From Candidatus Hydrogenedentota bacterium (GTDB lineage Bacteria > Hydrogenedentota > Hydrogenedentia > Hydrogenedentales > SLHB01): a DNA stretch of 64,000 nt. Made by a program: the position numbers and the translations under genes. The notes beneath the pieces are model-generated. The model was not told where the DNA came from and did not search any database. It worked only from the letters and a program-made list of their open reading frames with translations. The stretch lies in contig BTWA01000021.1 in assembly GCA_045863295.1 (NCBI GenBank), positions 39,705-103,704 on the forward strand, read 5' to 3'. Shown piece by piece: positions 1 to 10,184 of this stretch (within the stretch, counting starts at the first letter, position 1; the number at the start of each line of letters is the position of its first letter).

Positions 1-1021
1 GTCCGAACGCGGACACTACGATAAACCGAATAGAAAAGGCGCCGTGATTGCGGCTGACGGCGGTGGAAAACTCGGTTGGCTGGATTTTCGCGACGTATCC
101 ACGGACCGTCCCACGACTCCGGGCGCCCACAGGGGCGGCACGCACCGGCATGAGTTTTGCCGGTCAGACCACCGCGTTGGCTTCACGTACGACGATTTTT
201 TGTGTCCTCAGTTTGACCGCACCATCGGATACATGGAACGGCGCAACGACGCGCCCGGCGGAGCTTCTCATTGGTTTGCCTTGCTGATTCGGCCGGCGGA
301 GAAGGAAAAGGCGAAACCGGGTGAGATTGAGAAGGCCTATGGCGATTCTTGGGTCGATCCGGAGGGTACCATGCGCGCCTTCATCGGCAAGGTTCGAAAC
401 GCGGACGGTGTGACCTACGAAGAGTCGCTATTTGTAGTCGATGTGCCTCAAACGGTCGACATCACCACCGCAAAAGCGGGGAATGGCACCGACTATCCTA
501 CGCCACCCAAGGGTCTCACGGTTCGGAGGCTAACCCATTCCAAAGCCGAAGGCGTGGTTCGAGGATCGCATCAGGGTGATCGCGTCGCCTATTTCGCTTA
601 CGCGCCGAATGGTACCAAGCAGATTTTCGTGGTGCGTGCCGATGGGTCGGACCAGGATCCTGATCCGGCGAAGCGCCCGGTTCAAGTCACCCATTTCGAT
701 GGCGGGGCTAGCGGGAACTTGCGGTGGCACCCCAGTGGCAATGCAATCATCTGCACAGCGGACAACGCCATCGCAGTCACTGTGGCAAAGCCTGGTCCCA
801 GCTTCGGAAGGTCAGTCCTGATCACCGGTTCAGAAGGGCCTGAACGTGTGAAACTCGTCGTGTCACACGATGGTACTCTGGTCGCCTATAACAAGGCCGT
901 GCCCACCTTTGATGGTCAAGGAAACCGGGCAAAGGACTACTTAGACCGGGATTTCTTGCAGGTTTTCACCGTTCCTTACCCGGATTCGGATGGAGACGGG
1001 ATTCCCGACGGAATCTCCTGA
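1..1021 (+). CDS. YidR/DUF3748-like beta-propeller protein (5'-partial)
   Basis: Frame of ORF 44..1021 is open to the window edge. Motifs TPGAHRGGTHRHEF..VGFTYDD and EIEKAYGDSWV resemble YidR; TolB-like repeats in the C-terminal half. Confidence 0.75.
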   Translation, partial: SERGHYDKPNRKGAVIAADGGGKLGWLDFRDVSTDRPTTPGAHRGGTHRHEFCRSDHRVGFTYDDFLCPQFDRTIGYMERRNDAPGGASHWFALLIRPAEKEKAKPGEIEKAYGDSWVDPEGTMRAFIGKVRNADGVTYEESLFVVDVPQTVDITTAKAGNGTDYPTPPKGLTVRRLTHSKAEGVVRGSHQGDRVAYFAYAPNGTKQIFVVRADGSDQDPDPAKRPVQVTHFDGGASGNLRWHPSGNAIICTADNAIAVTVAKPGPSFGRSVLITGSEGPERVKLVVSHDGTLVAYNKAVPTFDGQGNRAKDYLDRDFLQVFTVPYPDSDGDGIPDGIS

Positions 1022-1033
1022 GAGCAGCCTTAT

Positions 1034-1084
1034 TGATAAGTAATTGTCACTATCATTGACACTGAGGCCAATCCAAGGCATACT
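1034..1084 (+). promoter_or_regulatory. sigma70 promoter with adjacent TGATA-N12-TATCA inverted repeat
   Basis: TGATA 1034-1038 and TATCA 1051-1055; TTGACA 1056-1061, 17 bp spacer, CATACT 1079-1084. Confidence 0.7.
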
Positions 1085-1126
1085 TAGGGGGCGATCTTAC
1101 TGTGTCAAGGCGCAAACCAGGAATCG

Positions 1127-1495
1127 GTGTTTGTGAGGGATTTGTGGCATAAGCGTGCTTTTGTGCGCAGTCTGTGTGCTGCTTGTATGGCGCTTTTCGC
1201 GCTTGCGCAGGTGCATGGATTTTTGCACGTGCACGCCACCGAGTCGGCAATTTCGACGGAAGTCCATGGCGACTGCGGCAATCAGAATCCGGCGCCAAAT
1301 GAAAACCCGGTTGGTAAGAAGACCCATACGGAGTGTGGGCTTTGCGTCCTCGCATCAACGCCAGTATTGCCGTATTCCGGAGATTTACCTGCTGTTGCGC
1401 CGCCCGACACCCCAACCGAGGGTGCTTATAATCGAGTTACTTTTGGCCTTGACCTTTCTGGCGATCCTCAATCTCGCCGCGGCCCTCCAGCCTAA
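1127..1495 (+). CDS. DUF2946-like (CruR/CutF-type) leader protein with CxxC and C-terminal RGPP
   Basis: Hydrophobic N-terminal segment, HGFLHVH, CGLC, 44-aa spacer, RGPPA-stop; directly upstream of a DUF1559 gene. Exact start uncertain. Confidence 0.75.
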   Translation: MFVRDLWHKRAFVRSLCAACMALFALAQVHGFLHVHATESAISTEVHGDCGNQNPAPNENPVGKKTHTECGLCVLASTPVLPYSGDLPAVAPPDTPTEGAYNRVTFGLDLSGDPQSRRGPPA

Positions 1496-1600
1496 TCCAT
1501 ACTCCCGTAATTCCCGTCTGTGCAAAACAAGTGTTGCCCGCGGATTCAATTTCGCTGGGTACGTTTGGCGCTGCATGCGCCATTTTGGAGTTGGATAGTC

Positions 1601-2506
1601 ATGAATAAGCGTACTGGATTCACTTTGATTGAATTGTTGGTTGTCATCGCCATCATCGGAATTCTGGCGGCCATTTTGCTGCCTGCTTTGGCGCGTGCGC
1701 GCGAAGCCGCCCGGCGGGCCAGTTGCCAAAACAATCTGAAGCAAGTTGGCCTGGTGTTGAAGATGTACGCGAACGAAAGCCGCGGAGGCCTGTATCCGCA
1801 ACAGAAGACGGCAGACTGCAACGGCGATATTCAGCCATTCTGCACCATGTTTAATGGAACTGCCGTATACCCGGAATACCTTACCGACTGGAACGTGCTG
1901 GTATGCCCAAGCTCACCCAGCGGCAGTGACGCGCTGGAACTGTGGGATGCCGGCGATACACTGTCCAACAATTGGGAGTCCTCCCCGTTTTCGGATAACG
2001 GTGTTGTAGAGCCGTGCGAGATAGCGGAACACCCCTATGTGTACTTTGGTTGGGCTGTCAGCCCGACGATGATTCAGGCGGAATTTGCTGCCAGCGGCGA
2101 TTTGGAGGCATTCGAGGAATCGGTTGAGGCGCTGGCGGAATCCATTGAAATGGCCGGCTCGCTGGTCAATGCGGATGCTATAGCAGACCGTGACTGGACG
2201 CTGGCTTCGGCGGTAGGCGGTATCAGCAAGGTATCGCGCTTCAAAGAAGGCATCGAGCGGTTTATGATCACGAACATCAACGCCGCCGCCGCGGGCAACC
2301 AGGCCCAGTCCGAACTTCCCGCATTCTGGGACGAAATTGGCGACGAGGCCACCCACTTTAACCATGTACCGGGCGGCTGCAACGTGTTGTACATGGATGG
2401 ACATGTCTCTTTTATTCGTTACAACGGTCTGAATGGCAACCGCTATCCTGTCAATGAAGGCGGTTTAATCCTGCACGAATTCACGCACGGTCACAGCCAC
2501 CCGTAA
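1601..2506 (+). CDS. DUF1559-family prepilin-type N-terminal cleavage/methylation protein
   Basis: [49 protein letters not shown]-terminal H-X9-DG ([15 protein letters not shown]); His-rich tail [14 protein letters not shown] before ATG 1601. Confidence 0.92.
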   Translation: MNKRTGFTLIELLVVIAIIGILAAILLPALARAREAARRASCQNNLKQVGLVLKMYANESRGGLYPQQKTADCNGDIQPFCTMFNGTAVYPEYLTDWNVLVCPSSPSGSDALELWDAGDTLSNNWESSPFSDNGVVEPCEIAEHPYVYFGWAVSPTMIQAEFAASGDLEAFEESVEALAESIEMAGSLVNADAIADRDWTLASAVGGISKVSRFKEGIERFMITNINAAAAGNQAQSELPAFWDEIGDEATHFNHVPGGCNVLYMDGHVSFIRYNGLNGNRYPVNEGGLILHEFTHGHSHP

Positions 2507-2532
2507 TTGTGTGGTGAATCACGATTGAACTG

Positions 2533-2564
2533 GGCGGGACCCCACCCCGGGTCCCGCCTTTTTT
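2533..2564 (+). terminator. Rho-independent terminator
   Basis: GGCGGGACCC-CACCCC-GGGTCCCGCC followed by T6. Confidence 0.9.
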
Positions 2565-2658
2565 GCGTCAAACAAAAGTCTAACCGTACACAATCGCTTG
2601 CTTAACATCCTGTGGATAAACTACGCCTGTTGATTCGGGCTTCCGCGGAGACAAGCGA

Positions 2659-5145
2659 ATGAAAATCGACCTGCATTGCCACTCGAAGTTCTCCAAGAGG
2701 CCGACGCTCTGGATTATGCAAAAGTTGGGATGCCCGGAGAGTTTCACGGAACCGGTCGACTTGTACCGCTCATGTCTGACAAAAGGAATGAGCGCAGTCA
2801 CCATCACGGATCATAATGTAATCGACGGCGCGCTTGAGATTGCGCATTTGCCAAATACGATTACGGGTTGCGAATACACAACCTATTTTCCTGAAGACCG
2901 GTGTAAAGTGCACATCCTGGTATACGGCATGACCGAATCGCAGCACCGGGAACTGACGGAAGCTCGCGAAAATATATTTGATCTCGTGGCGTATGTGCAT
3001 GATCACAACCTTCCCCACATATGTGCCCATCCGCTGTTTTGGGTGAACGATCGTCTGACAGTGGCTCATGTCGAGAAACTGGTCCTGTTCTTTAAGAATT
3101 GGGAAATCAATGGCGACATGGAGCCGGCGATGAATTCGGCGGTTCAGTACCTGGTTCAAGGACTCACGCCAGAAATTATTGAGCGGCTAGTAAACAAGCA
3201 CGGCATTGTCCCCAAATTCGACGAACCGTGGAAAAAGAACTTGACCGCAGGTTCGGACGATCACAGTTCTCTGAATCTGACTAGTGCCTGGACAGAAGTA
3301 CCCAATGCAGGGACCTTTGAGGAGTTCTGGCGGGGGCTAAACGAAGGCCACGCACGAATCGGGTGTTTTCCATCGAGCCCCGAGAAATTCTCCCGCAACG
3401 TTTATGGCATCGCGTATCAGTTTTATAAGAGCAAGTTCAGCCTGGACCGTCATGTGCATAAAGATGTGTTTTTGCGCTATCTCGATCGTTCACTTCAATC
3501 GTTGCCGGAACCTCCGGAGCCCTGGTTTTCCCGTTTTCAACAGTTCATTGCGAGCCAGCGTCTGCGCAAAGGTGCGCAGAATCGGCAGTCGATTCTGAAT
3601 CTGGCGCGGCACGAGGCGGAAAAGCACATCAAGAATGATCCGCAACTGATGGACATCGTGCAGAAAGGAATCCGCCATGGAGGGCGACCTGATGAAACGT
3701 GGTACGAATTCGTCAATCAAGTCTCGAACAAAGTCCTGGTCCATTTCGGACGTCATGTCGTGGACCGGATCGTCCGCGCGCAGTTGTTCGACCTTTTTCA
3801 TTCCCTGGGTTCAGCCGGTGCGTTGTACATGCTGCTCGCGCCTTACTTCATCGGCTACTCGCTGTACCGCCGACAAAGGACCTGGAGCGAAGAAGTTCTG
3901 ACGCATTTTCGAGGCAAGCAAACAGGCGCCATGAATTCACAGCCCCGTGTGGCGCATTTTACAGATACCTACCACGAAGTAAACGGTGTGGCCCGCACTT
4001 TGAAGCAACAGAACGCCACGGCGCAACAGCTTGGATTGGACTACACGATTGTCTCCAGCTTTGCGGAGCGACGGCCTATTGAAAGGGGTGTTCACCCGTT
4101 CACCCCGATTGGCACTATCACAATCCCTGAGTACCCCGAGTTAAAGATGTTGATGCCGCCATTTCTGGAAATGCTCAAACATTGTTACGACGAGAATTTC
4201 ACCCATATCCATGTGGCCACGCCCGGACCGGTCGGTCTGGCCGCGCTCGGAATCGCCCGAATACTTCAACTTCCCATATCCGGAACCTATCATACGGCGT
4301 TTCCTCAATATGCCAAAGTGCTGACCGACGACGGCGTGGTCGAAGAGATGATGTGGAAGGCAATGATCTGGTTTTACGACCAGTTGGATGCGGTATACGT
4401 GCCCTCTATGGCGACCGGCAATGACTTGGTTGAGCGCGGACTCAATCCGGACAAGTTACGTGTCTATCCCCGGGGCGTGGATATCGAGCGATTTCACCCT
4501 CGCACGGGAAACGAATCCACGCGCGCGCGGTTCGGTATCCCTGTAGATGTTCCTGCCTTTATCTATGTTGGGCGTGTATCTCGCGAAAAGAATCTCCACA
4601 TTCTCGCCCATGCCTACAACTCGCTTCTGGAACGAGGGGTAGAGGCGACGCTCGTCATTGTCGGCGACGGTCCATTCCGGTTGGACATGCAGAAGATGCT
4701 GGAAGGCAGCCCTGCCGTGTTCACCGGATATCTGGAAGGGGATGACCTACCCGCGATCTACGCTGCGTGCGACACTCTGGTGTTTCCGAGCACAACCGAC
4801 ACCTTTGGTAATGTAGTGCTGGAAGCACAGGCTTGCGGTATTCCAGCCATTGTGACGGATCAAGGCGGCCCCCAGGAAAATGTGGTTCCGGATGAGACCG
4901 GTATCGTTGTACGGGGCACTGAACCGGCCGCACTCGTCGAGGCCATGGCATTACTGGCAAATGACCGGGCATTGCGACTCCGCATGGGCGCTGCTTCGCG
5001 GCGTTACATCGAGAACCGTGGTTTCGCAAGAGCCTTTGAGCAGCTCTATGCCATGTACGTTCAAGACTCGGCCCAAACCCATACCCTTCCCTTGGTATCG
5101 TTACAGAATTTGCCGTTTCCCACCTCCGAAGCCTTGGCCATATAG
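2659..5145 (+). CDS. PHP-domain / GT4 glycosyltransferase fusion
   Basis: N-terminal DLHCHS, ITDHN and GSDDH (PHP); C-terminal VGRVSREKN and FPSTTDTFGNVVLEAQACG (GT4). Confidence 0.9.
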   Translation: MKIDLHCHSKFSKRPTLWIMQKLGCPESFTEPVDLYRSCLTKGMSAVTITDHNVIDGALEIAHLPNTITGCEYTTYFPEDRCKVHILVYGMTESQHRELTEARENIFDLVAYVHDHNLPHICAHPLFWVNDRLTVAHVEKLVLFFKNWEINGDMEPAMNSAVQYLVQGLTPEIIERLVNKHGIVPKFDEPWKKNLTAGSDDHSSLNLTSAWTEVPNAGTFEEFWRGLNEGHARIGCFPSSPEKFSRNVYGIAYQFYKSKFSLDRHVHKDVFLRYLDRSLQSLPEPPEPWFSRFQQFIASQRLRKGAQNRQSILNLARHEAEKHIKNDPQLMDIVQKGIRHGGRPDETWYEFVNQVSNKVLVHFGRHVVDRIVRAQLFDLFHSLGSAGALYMLLAPYFIGYSLYRRQRTWSEEVLTHFRGKQTGAMNSQPRVAHFTDTYHEVNGVARTLKQQNATAQQLGLDYTIVSSFAERRPIERGVHPFTPIGTITIPEYPELKMLMPPFLEMLKHCYDENFTHIHVATPGPVGLAALGIARILQLPISGTYHTAFPQYAKVLTDDGVVEEMMWKAMIWFYDQLDAVYVPSMATGNDLVERGLNPDKLRVYPRGVDIERFHPRTGNESTRARFGIPVDVPAFIYVGRVSREKNLHILAHAYNSLLERGVEATLVIVGDGPFRLDMQKMLEGSPAVFTGYLEGDDLPAIYAACDTLVFPSTTDTFGNVVLEAQACGIPAIVTDQGGPQENVVPDETGIVVRGTEPAALVEAMALLANDRALRLRMGAASRRYIENRGFARAFEQLYAMYVQDSAQTHTLPLVSLQNLPFPTSEALAI

Positions 5146-5412
5146 CCGGTGTCTGCTGCCGGTTTCGAAAGAGCATGGGCGATCTGGCGCCGTTGCCGCT
5201 GCGAGGCGTTCTCACAAAGTATCGGCTGGACCTTCGGCACAACATCCATTTGGCTTTCCCATAGTCCGGGTGAATGTATGCTCTTGGTTTGGCCTGGATT
5301 CTCATTGGACGGGAATTTGGACATTATTTTGGGCTACCGGGGTAAGCCGAGTGCCCCTTCCGTGTCAGCTGCGCACCTTGTGTATTTCCGGGTTTCCGAA
5401 GCGACCCTATCC

Positions 5413-5441
5413 TTGTAACACCCCCATTTGTTGTCTATACT
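5413..5441 (+). promoter_or_regulatory. sigma70 promoter
   Basis: TTGTAA-17 bp-TATACT upstream of the CDS at 5571. Confidence 0.55.
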
Positions 5442-5570
5442 GAGGAATTCATGAATCCGGCTGTAACCGGGGGTTGATTTGCCCGGTCACTTGAAGCCGA
5501 TTCAGTTCATTCACTATGTCCCGGCGTGCCGGATTCCGGCGCCGGTTGGGGTTGCGAGGAGAGGCATCGG

Positions 5571-7403
5571 ATGCGCCATCAAGCCACGTTTATTCGTGAG
5601 CTGGAGGGTCTTAGCCGGCCCGCGTTCCGCATTGCACGTGAGTTGACACTGAACAGCCGATCCGGTTTAACAGTACGATTTCTGGCAAAGAAGCTGGAAG
5701 CGCCTGAGGAAGAGATCGAGTATCTGGTGGACGTGAACCACCGTCTCTTTTTTCACGATCTTACCAAGGTGAAGTTGGTTGCCGAAGGTTTTCCCGCCGT
5801 AAAGCGTATCACCGACGGACTCGAGAACCGCGGCGATGTTCCTTCCATGTTCAACCTTGCCAAGAGCATGGGTCCGCACGAATTTCGCCGTCTCGAGGAG
5901 CGCATTGGGATTGAGAAGCCCGGCGGCAAGAAGGCTGCCATCGAAGATCTTCTTTCCCGATATTATGCGACCACCGACGCCCTCGTTGAATATGTGGCCT
6001 CACGCGAGTTCACCCCCCATGCCCAGGAAGTCTTCGACATCATCTGGCAGTCCAAGAGCGGTATCATTCCCGTGGCCAAACTGCGCACTTTGCACAATCG
6101 TTCCGACTACGAAACGGAACAGGCTCTGAACGAATTGTTCGAAGGCTTTGCCGTATTCGAGATGTTCCGGTTCGATTCCGAAGAGCGCCTCGTGCGCGTT
6201 GCCGCTCTTTTGTCGGAGATTCGGCAATGGCGGGAGGACGAAAAAGCTCGCCGCAATGCGAAAGCGCAGCTAAAACCCGTTAAGGGAAAGCCCGACTGGG
6301 TGGAAACACGCGGGTTGGATTTTTCGGACAAGGTATGCCGGCTGGTCGCCGCCATTGCGGCCAAACCTGCACGGTTGCGCGGCGATGGCGAGTTGTTTCG
6401 TGAAGACCGGCGTCGCTTGAGTGAAATCGCGCCGGAAGAAGACGAGCCCTCGTTGCAGACGTTTTTGTGGATTGCGGAGGGCGTGGGTTGGATAGCCCGC
6501 GTGGACAACGAGTTGCGCACCGCGGATCTAGAAGAATTGCTCAACATGGATCGCATTGGCCGTCATCGAATCTTGGCGGAATGGCTGCTTGGCCGCGGCG
6601 GCGATCCAATGTCGCGCCGGGTCCTGGCAAAGGTGATCGATGAAATCAAGACAACATCCTGGTATTCCGTAATGGATTTCATTGAGTATGCCCGCCGCAT
6701 GGATACAGACACCGGCCAAGCGACATTGAGGAATGTCGGCGGCCACTGGCAGTATGCCGGCATTGGCACCGGGGGGGCAGGCAAGGCGCTTGCGCGGTCT
6801 CTTGAAGAAACGTTTCTGTGGCTTGGGATAGTCGATCGTGGAACAGAAGACGGGGAAAGCGTATTCAGGACTACCGAATTGGGCCGGTTTGTGCTCAGCG
6901 ACGGCAAGCTGGATGGATTGTCCAAGCATTTTCCGCCGGAGAAGGCAGAAATTGTGGTTCAACCGAATTTTGACATTATTGTTCCGACTCAAGACATGGA
7001 TCCGCTGCTTATCGTGCCGCTGGAACAGTTTTGTGTTCGAGGCAGCACGGGTTCGGCCACGGTTTACACGCTGACCAAGGATTCGTTTACGAAGGCAGTC
7101 CAAGAAGGACATGACAGCGATCGCTTTGTGCGGTTTCTGCTCACCCATAATCGCGGGGGGTCTTTACCCAACAACGTGATGACCACGCTGGATGATTGGC
7201 GAGGCGGAATGAAGCGCGTGAGATTGCGCACCATACACGTACTCGAAGCCGACGATCCTTTGGTCATGGCTGACATCCAGCATCGCCGACGGTTTGCCAA
7301 ACATTTCGAAAGCCTCGACCCTCGTAAGGCAGTCGCTGTCACCAAGATTTCCAAGTCTGAACTCGCCCGGGAGCTTGAAAAAGAAGGGTTTGTGGTCAGT
7401 TAG
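5571..7403 (+). CDS. Helicase-associated (XPB/Ssl2 N-terminal, Helicase_C_3-like) domain protein
   Basis: C-terminal VVQPNFDIIVP...YTLTKDSFTKAVQEG...LPNNVMTTLDDW; GAGGAG before ATG 5571; no Walker motifs. Confidence 0.75.
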   Translation: MRHQATFIRELEGLSRPAFRIARELTLNSRSGLTVRFLAKKLEAPEEEIEYLVDVNHRLFFHDLTKVKLVAEGFPAVKRITDGLENRGDVPSMFNLAKSMGPHEFRRLEERIGIEKPGGKKAAIEDLLSRYYATTDALVEYVASREFTPHAQEVFDIIWQSKSGIIPVAKLRTLHNRSDYETEQALNELFEGFAVFEMFRFDSEERLVRVAALLSEIRQWREDEKARRNAKAQLKPVKGKPDWVETRGLDFSDKVCRLVAAIAAKPARLRGDGELFREDRRRLSEIAPEEDEPSLQTFLWIAEGVGWIARVDNELRTADLEELLNMDRIGRHRILAEWLLGRGGDPMSRRVLAKVIDEIKTTSWYSVMDFIEYARRMDTDTGQATLRNVGGHWQYAGIGTGGAGKALARSLEETFLWLGIVDRGTEDGESVFRTTELGRFVLSDGKLDGLSKHFPPEKAEIVVQPNFDIIVPTQDMDPLLIVPLEQFCVRGSTGSATVYTLTKDSFTKAVQEGHDSDRFVRFLLTHNRGGSLPNNVMTTLDDWRGGMKRVRLRTIHVLEADDPLVMADIQHRRRFAKHFESLDPRKAVAVTKISKSELARELEKEGFVVS

Positions 7404-7432
7404 CCTGCATTTTTCACCACGCTTAAATCGTG

Positions 7433-7533
7433 CGTGGAAGACTGAAGTACAGTCTCCGTGGAAGACTGAAGTACAGTCTCCGTGGAAGACTGAAGTACAG
7501 TCTCCGTGGAAGACTGAAGTACAGTCTCCGTGG
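7433..7533. repeat. Perfect 24-bp tandem repeat x4 (+5 bp), palindromic unit
   Basis: CGTGGAAGACTGAAGTACAGTCTC at 7433, 7457, 7481 and 7505; each unit contains AGACTG-AAGTA-CAGTCT. Confidence 0.97.
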
Positions 7534-7765
7534 TGCAAAATGCTCACACAGAATTCCTTAATCTTGAAACGCTGAGGATATTTCACGTGCACACTGTAAG
7601 TGCACCAGTTTTGGTAACTGGCCGGTTGAATTGTTCTTGTACAGTTAATTGGACAAAGTCGTGAAATATCCGGATTAGTGCTCCCTTCCAACCCGTGATG
7701 CCAGACCTTGCCGGTTGTTTCTTTTCATGCGCCCTGTGGTATTCTCAGACTTTGGATACGTAGTG

Positions 7766-8866
7766 ATGGATTTTCTTTCCCAAATACAATTTCCGTTGCC
7801 GGCCAGAACCACGGTTTTGGGCGTTGCGGCTTGTTTTTTGCTGTTTTTGGTGGCTGCCGTTCTAATTGAGGCTATTCGGCGGCGGCGCATGATGCAAGGC
7901 ATTGTGGATGATGCGTGGAAAAGTGTCGACTCCATCATGGACGAGAAGGATTTCACGGAATCCGAAAAGGACATGCTCTCAAAGATACTGCGGCGCAGGG
8001 CGCCGCGCACACCGCATCAGGACATTACCGTGCGATACCGGTTCGAAGCGATCATCGACGAGGAGATGGCCGACCTTGAGGCTTCCGGGAATCGGGCGGA
8101 ATTTGAGCGCATGGGCAAATTGCTGAGAGATATCCGCGCCAAACTTGGCCTTGATTTCGTCGCACTGGGGCAGCGAATTCACTCTACACGAGAGCTTTAC
8201 CGCTCACAGGAAGTCTGGTTTTCGCCCGAGGGAACTCTGCCGGCACGCTGGCTGCGCGGCACGGTTACCGCTGTCGATGAAGCATTGGTCTCCGTTGCGC
8301 CCATTGCCGAGGAAGATACCACGGTGCCAGTAATACAGGCGGGAGAACGGGTAAAATTTCGTCTGTGGCGTGAGGAAGATGCGCGATACTTGTACGCCGT
8401 GAAGTTCAGCCATGCCGAGAAAGATCCGGTGCTCCTCTATTTTCATCACACTACGGATCTGCGTCGCGTTCAGAACCGGCAGTATTTCCGAATCGGATAC
8501 GATCAGCCTGCCGACGTGGGTGTTCTTGGAATTTATGCCGAGGAAAGCGATGCCGATGGCGGCGGTAAGCGCGTTGTGCAAAAGGTTCGCGGTCGGATTG
8601 TCAATATCAGTGCTGGCGGTTGCGCTATAATTTTTCCACAGGAGGTTTCGCTTCAGCACTATGTCCGCGTGCCGCTGGAGTTGGAGGGATCGCAACCGTT
8701 CACGGTTGATGGGCAGGTAATTTCTTGTGCCCCGTTAGCAGGAGGGCGCTTTCTGGTCCGCGTCACTTTTGCGCACATTGGCGAGGAGACGATCGACACG
8801 ATTGCCCAATTTGTGATTCGCCGGCAGCAGCGCGTGCTGGAGTCGGCAGAACACAGCGTGGTTTGA
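7766..8866 (+). CDS. Membrane-anchored PilZ/YcgR-like (flagellar brake-type) c-di-GMP receptor
   Basis: N-terminal TM helix; QNRQYFRI (RxxxR) and NISAGG (D/NxSxxG). Start may be 7715-7766. Confidence 0.82.
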   Translation: MDFLSQIQFPLPARTTVLGVAACFLLFLVAAVLIEAIRRRRMMQGIVDDAWKSVDSIMDEKDFTESEKDMLSKILRRRAPRTPHQDITVRYRFEAIIDEEMADLEASGNRAEFERMGKLLRDIRAKLGLDFVALGQRIHSTRELYRSQEVWFSPEGTLPARWLRGTVTAVDEALVSVAPIAEEDTTVPVIQAGERVKFRLWREEDARYLYAVKFSHAEKDPVLLYFHHTTDLRRVQNRQYFRIGYDQPADVGVLGIYAEESDADGGGKRVVQKVRGRIVNISAGGCAIIFPQEVSLQHYVRVPLELEGSQPFTVDGQVISCAPLAGGRFLVRVTFAHIGEETIDTIAQFVIRRQQRVLESAEHSVV

Positions 8867-8869
8867 GCC

Positions 8870-9616
8870 GTGAAACTAATCGGCGATGCTGTGAACGCGG
8901 TTCAGCGGAACCTGGGCGCGCTGGGTTTGTTTGTGGCCGCTTCCTTGGCGCTGAATACCCTTGTCTTTTTTGCCGATGGATTGTCCGGGATTGCCAGTGA
9001 TCCGGCCAACTTGACCCTGTTTGATTCCATGTACTTTCTGGCAAGGGGTTTAGTGATCGTTTCGATTTCATCCGCCGCCGCCACGGTGGCATTTGCCTGG
9101 ATGGGCCGCGAAATCGACCGTCCTCTGTGGAAGGTAGATGGAACCAAGGAAGCGCTCCGCAGGTTTTTTCCTGTCTGGTTTACGATTAATTTTATGGGCT
9201 GGGCGCCAACGTTCCTGGGGATGACGCTGGCGCAACGTACGTCGACTGCTCCCTTGGGTTATCTGCTGCTTCTGCTCAGCGTGATTTATGCGTTATTTAG
9301 CACTCCCATCGGCACTTGTATCATGTTCCACGGACGCTTCAGGTGGGATCAATTCGGTGAATCATTGTATCCATTAGTGAAACAGGCTCCCAAGACGGGA
9401 GTGGTATTATTAGTGACTATCACGCAGGTTGGTTTAATTCTCTATCTCGATCTTGTTGGCGGCGCGGGGCCGGCGGCATTCGACATTCGCGGACTGCTTA
9501 CCGACTATGCCACAAGTGTTGTAAACGTCTACATTGAATGTCTGGTGTTCGCGGCGGTGTGGATCATCTGCATCATCGATCGCGACACCTTTGAAGAGGT
9601 TGACCTTGACTTCTAA
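8870..9616 (+). CDS. Hypothetical multi-pass membrane protein
   Basis: About 6 hydrophobic segments; 3 bp after the upstream stop. Confidence 0.75.
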   Translation: MKLIGDAVNAVQRNLGALGLFVAASLALNTLVFFADGLSGIASDPANLTLFDSMYFLARGLVIVSISSAAATVAFAWMGREIDRPLWKVDGTKEALRRFFPVWFTINFMGWAPTFLGMTLAQRTSTAPLGYLLLLLSVIYALFSTPIGTCIMFHGRFRWDQFGESLYPLVKQAPKTGVVLLVTITQVGLILYLDLVGGAGPAAFDIRGLLTDYATSVVNVYIECLVFAAVWIICIIDRDTFEEVDLDF

Positions 9617-10184
9617 TCGTAATAGGCGCCCTGGCTGCCTTGTCGCAGGGTTTCTCGCTGTTTTTGTGTTTAGCCTCGCAGCATCGTATTACATCACCAT
9701 GCTCAGCATTCCCGACGGTTCACCGCTCCATGCGATGAGGGTTACGGAAGCCAATTTGACTTTGCTGGAGACGGCCATTGAGACATATAGACAGGCTCAC
9801 AATGCCTATCCCGATGCAGGAGAGCGGGGCTTGAATTCTGCTGTCGCAGAATTGTCTCGCGAAGCGGACTATCTACCTGGCGGCGCCCCGGCAGATGCAT
9901 GGGGCAGACCTTATGTATACGTGCCGTTTGAAGCCTACGGGGAGCCGGGCGCAGAGGCGATGAAGGATGAATCCGGAGCGTATGCCGCCCCCGGATCGTA
10001 TCAATTGTATTCCCGCGGTCTTGACGGAATTTCCAGCGCGTTGCCATCCGATGCAAATACGGACAATATCGTTTCCTGGGACAGGTCGAAGCCTTGGCAG
10101 GCTCGGTACCGCCACAAGCACAAGGAATTCGTGGCACGCTGGCGCAAGATGACGCCGGACGAGCGCATGAAGAAACCTCAGTGA
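9606..10184 (+). CDS. GspG-like (T2SS pseudopilin C-terminal domain) protein
   Basis: TM helix, then LETAIETYRQAHNAYP, DAWGRPYVY and YQLYSRGLDG...DNIVSW. No GFTLIE site. Start uncertain (ORF from 9534). Confidence 0.7.
   Translation: MTSNRNRRPGCLVAGFLAVFVFSLAASYYITMLSIPDGSPLHAMRVTEANLTLLETAIETYRQAHNAYPDAGERGLNSAVAELSREADYLPGGAPADAWGRPYVYVPFEAYGEPGAEAMKDESGAYAAPGSYQLYSRGLDGISSALPSDANTDNIVSWDRSKPWQARYRHKHKEFVARWRKMTPDERMKKPQ

Noticed and set aside
5149..5418. 89-aa ORF after the glycosyltransferase
   Set aside because: No SD or recognisable motif. It could be real but I cannot support it.
7433..7533. Possible CRISPR array
   Set aside because: Units are head-to-tail with no spacers and there are no cas genes in the window. 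ORFs 7164-7691 and 7294-7575 simply read through the repeat.
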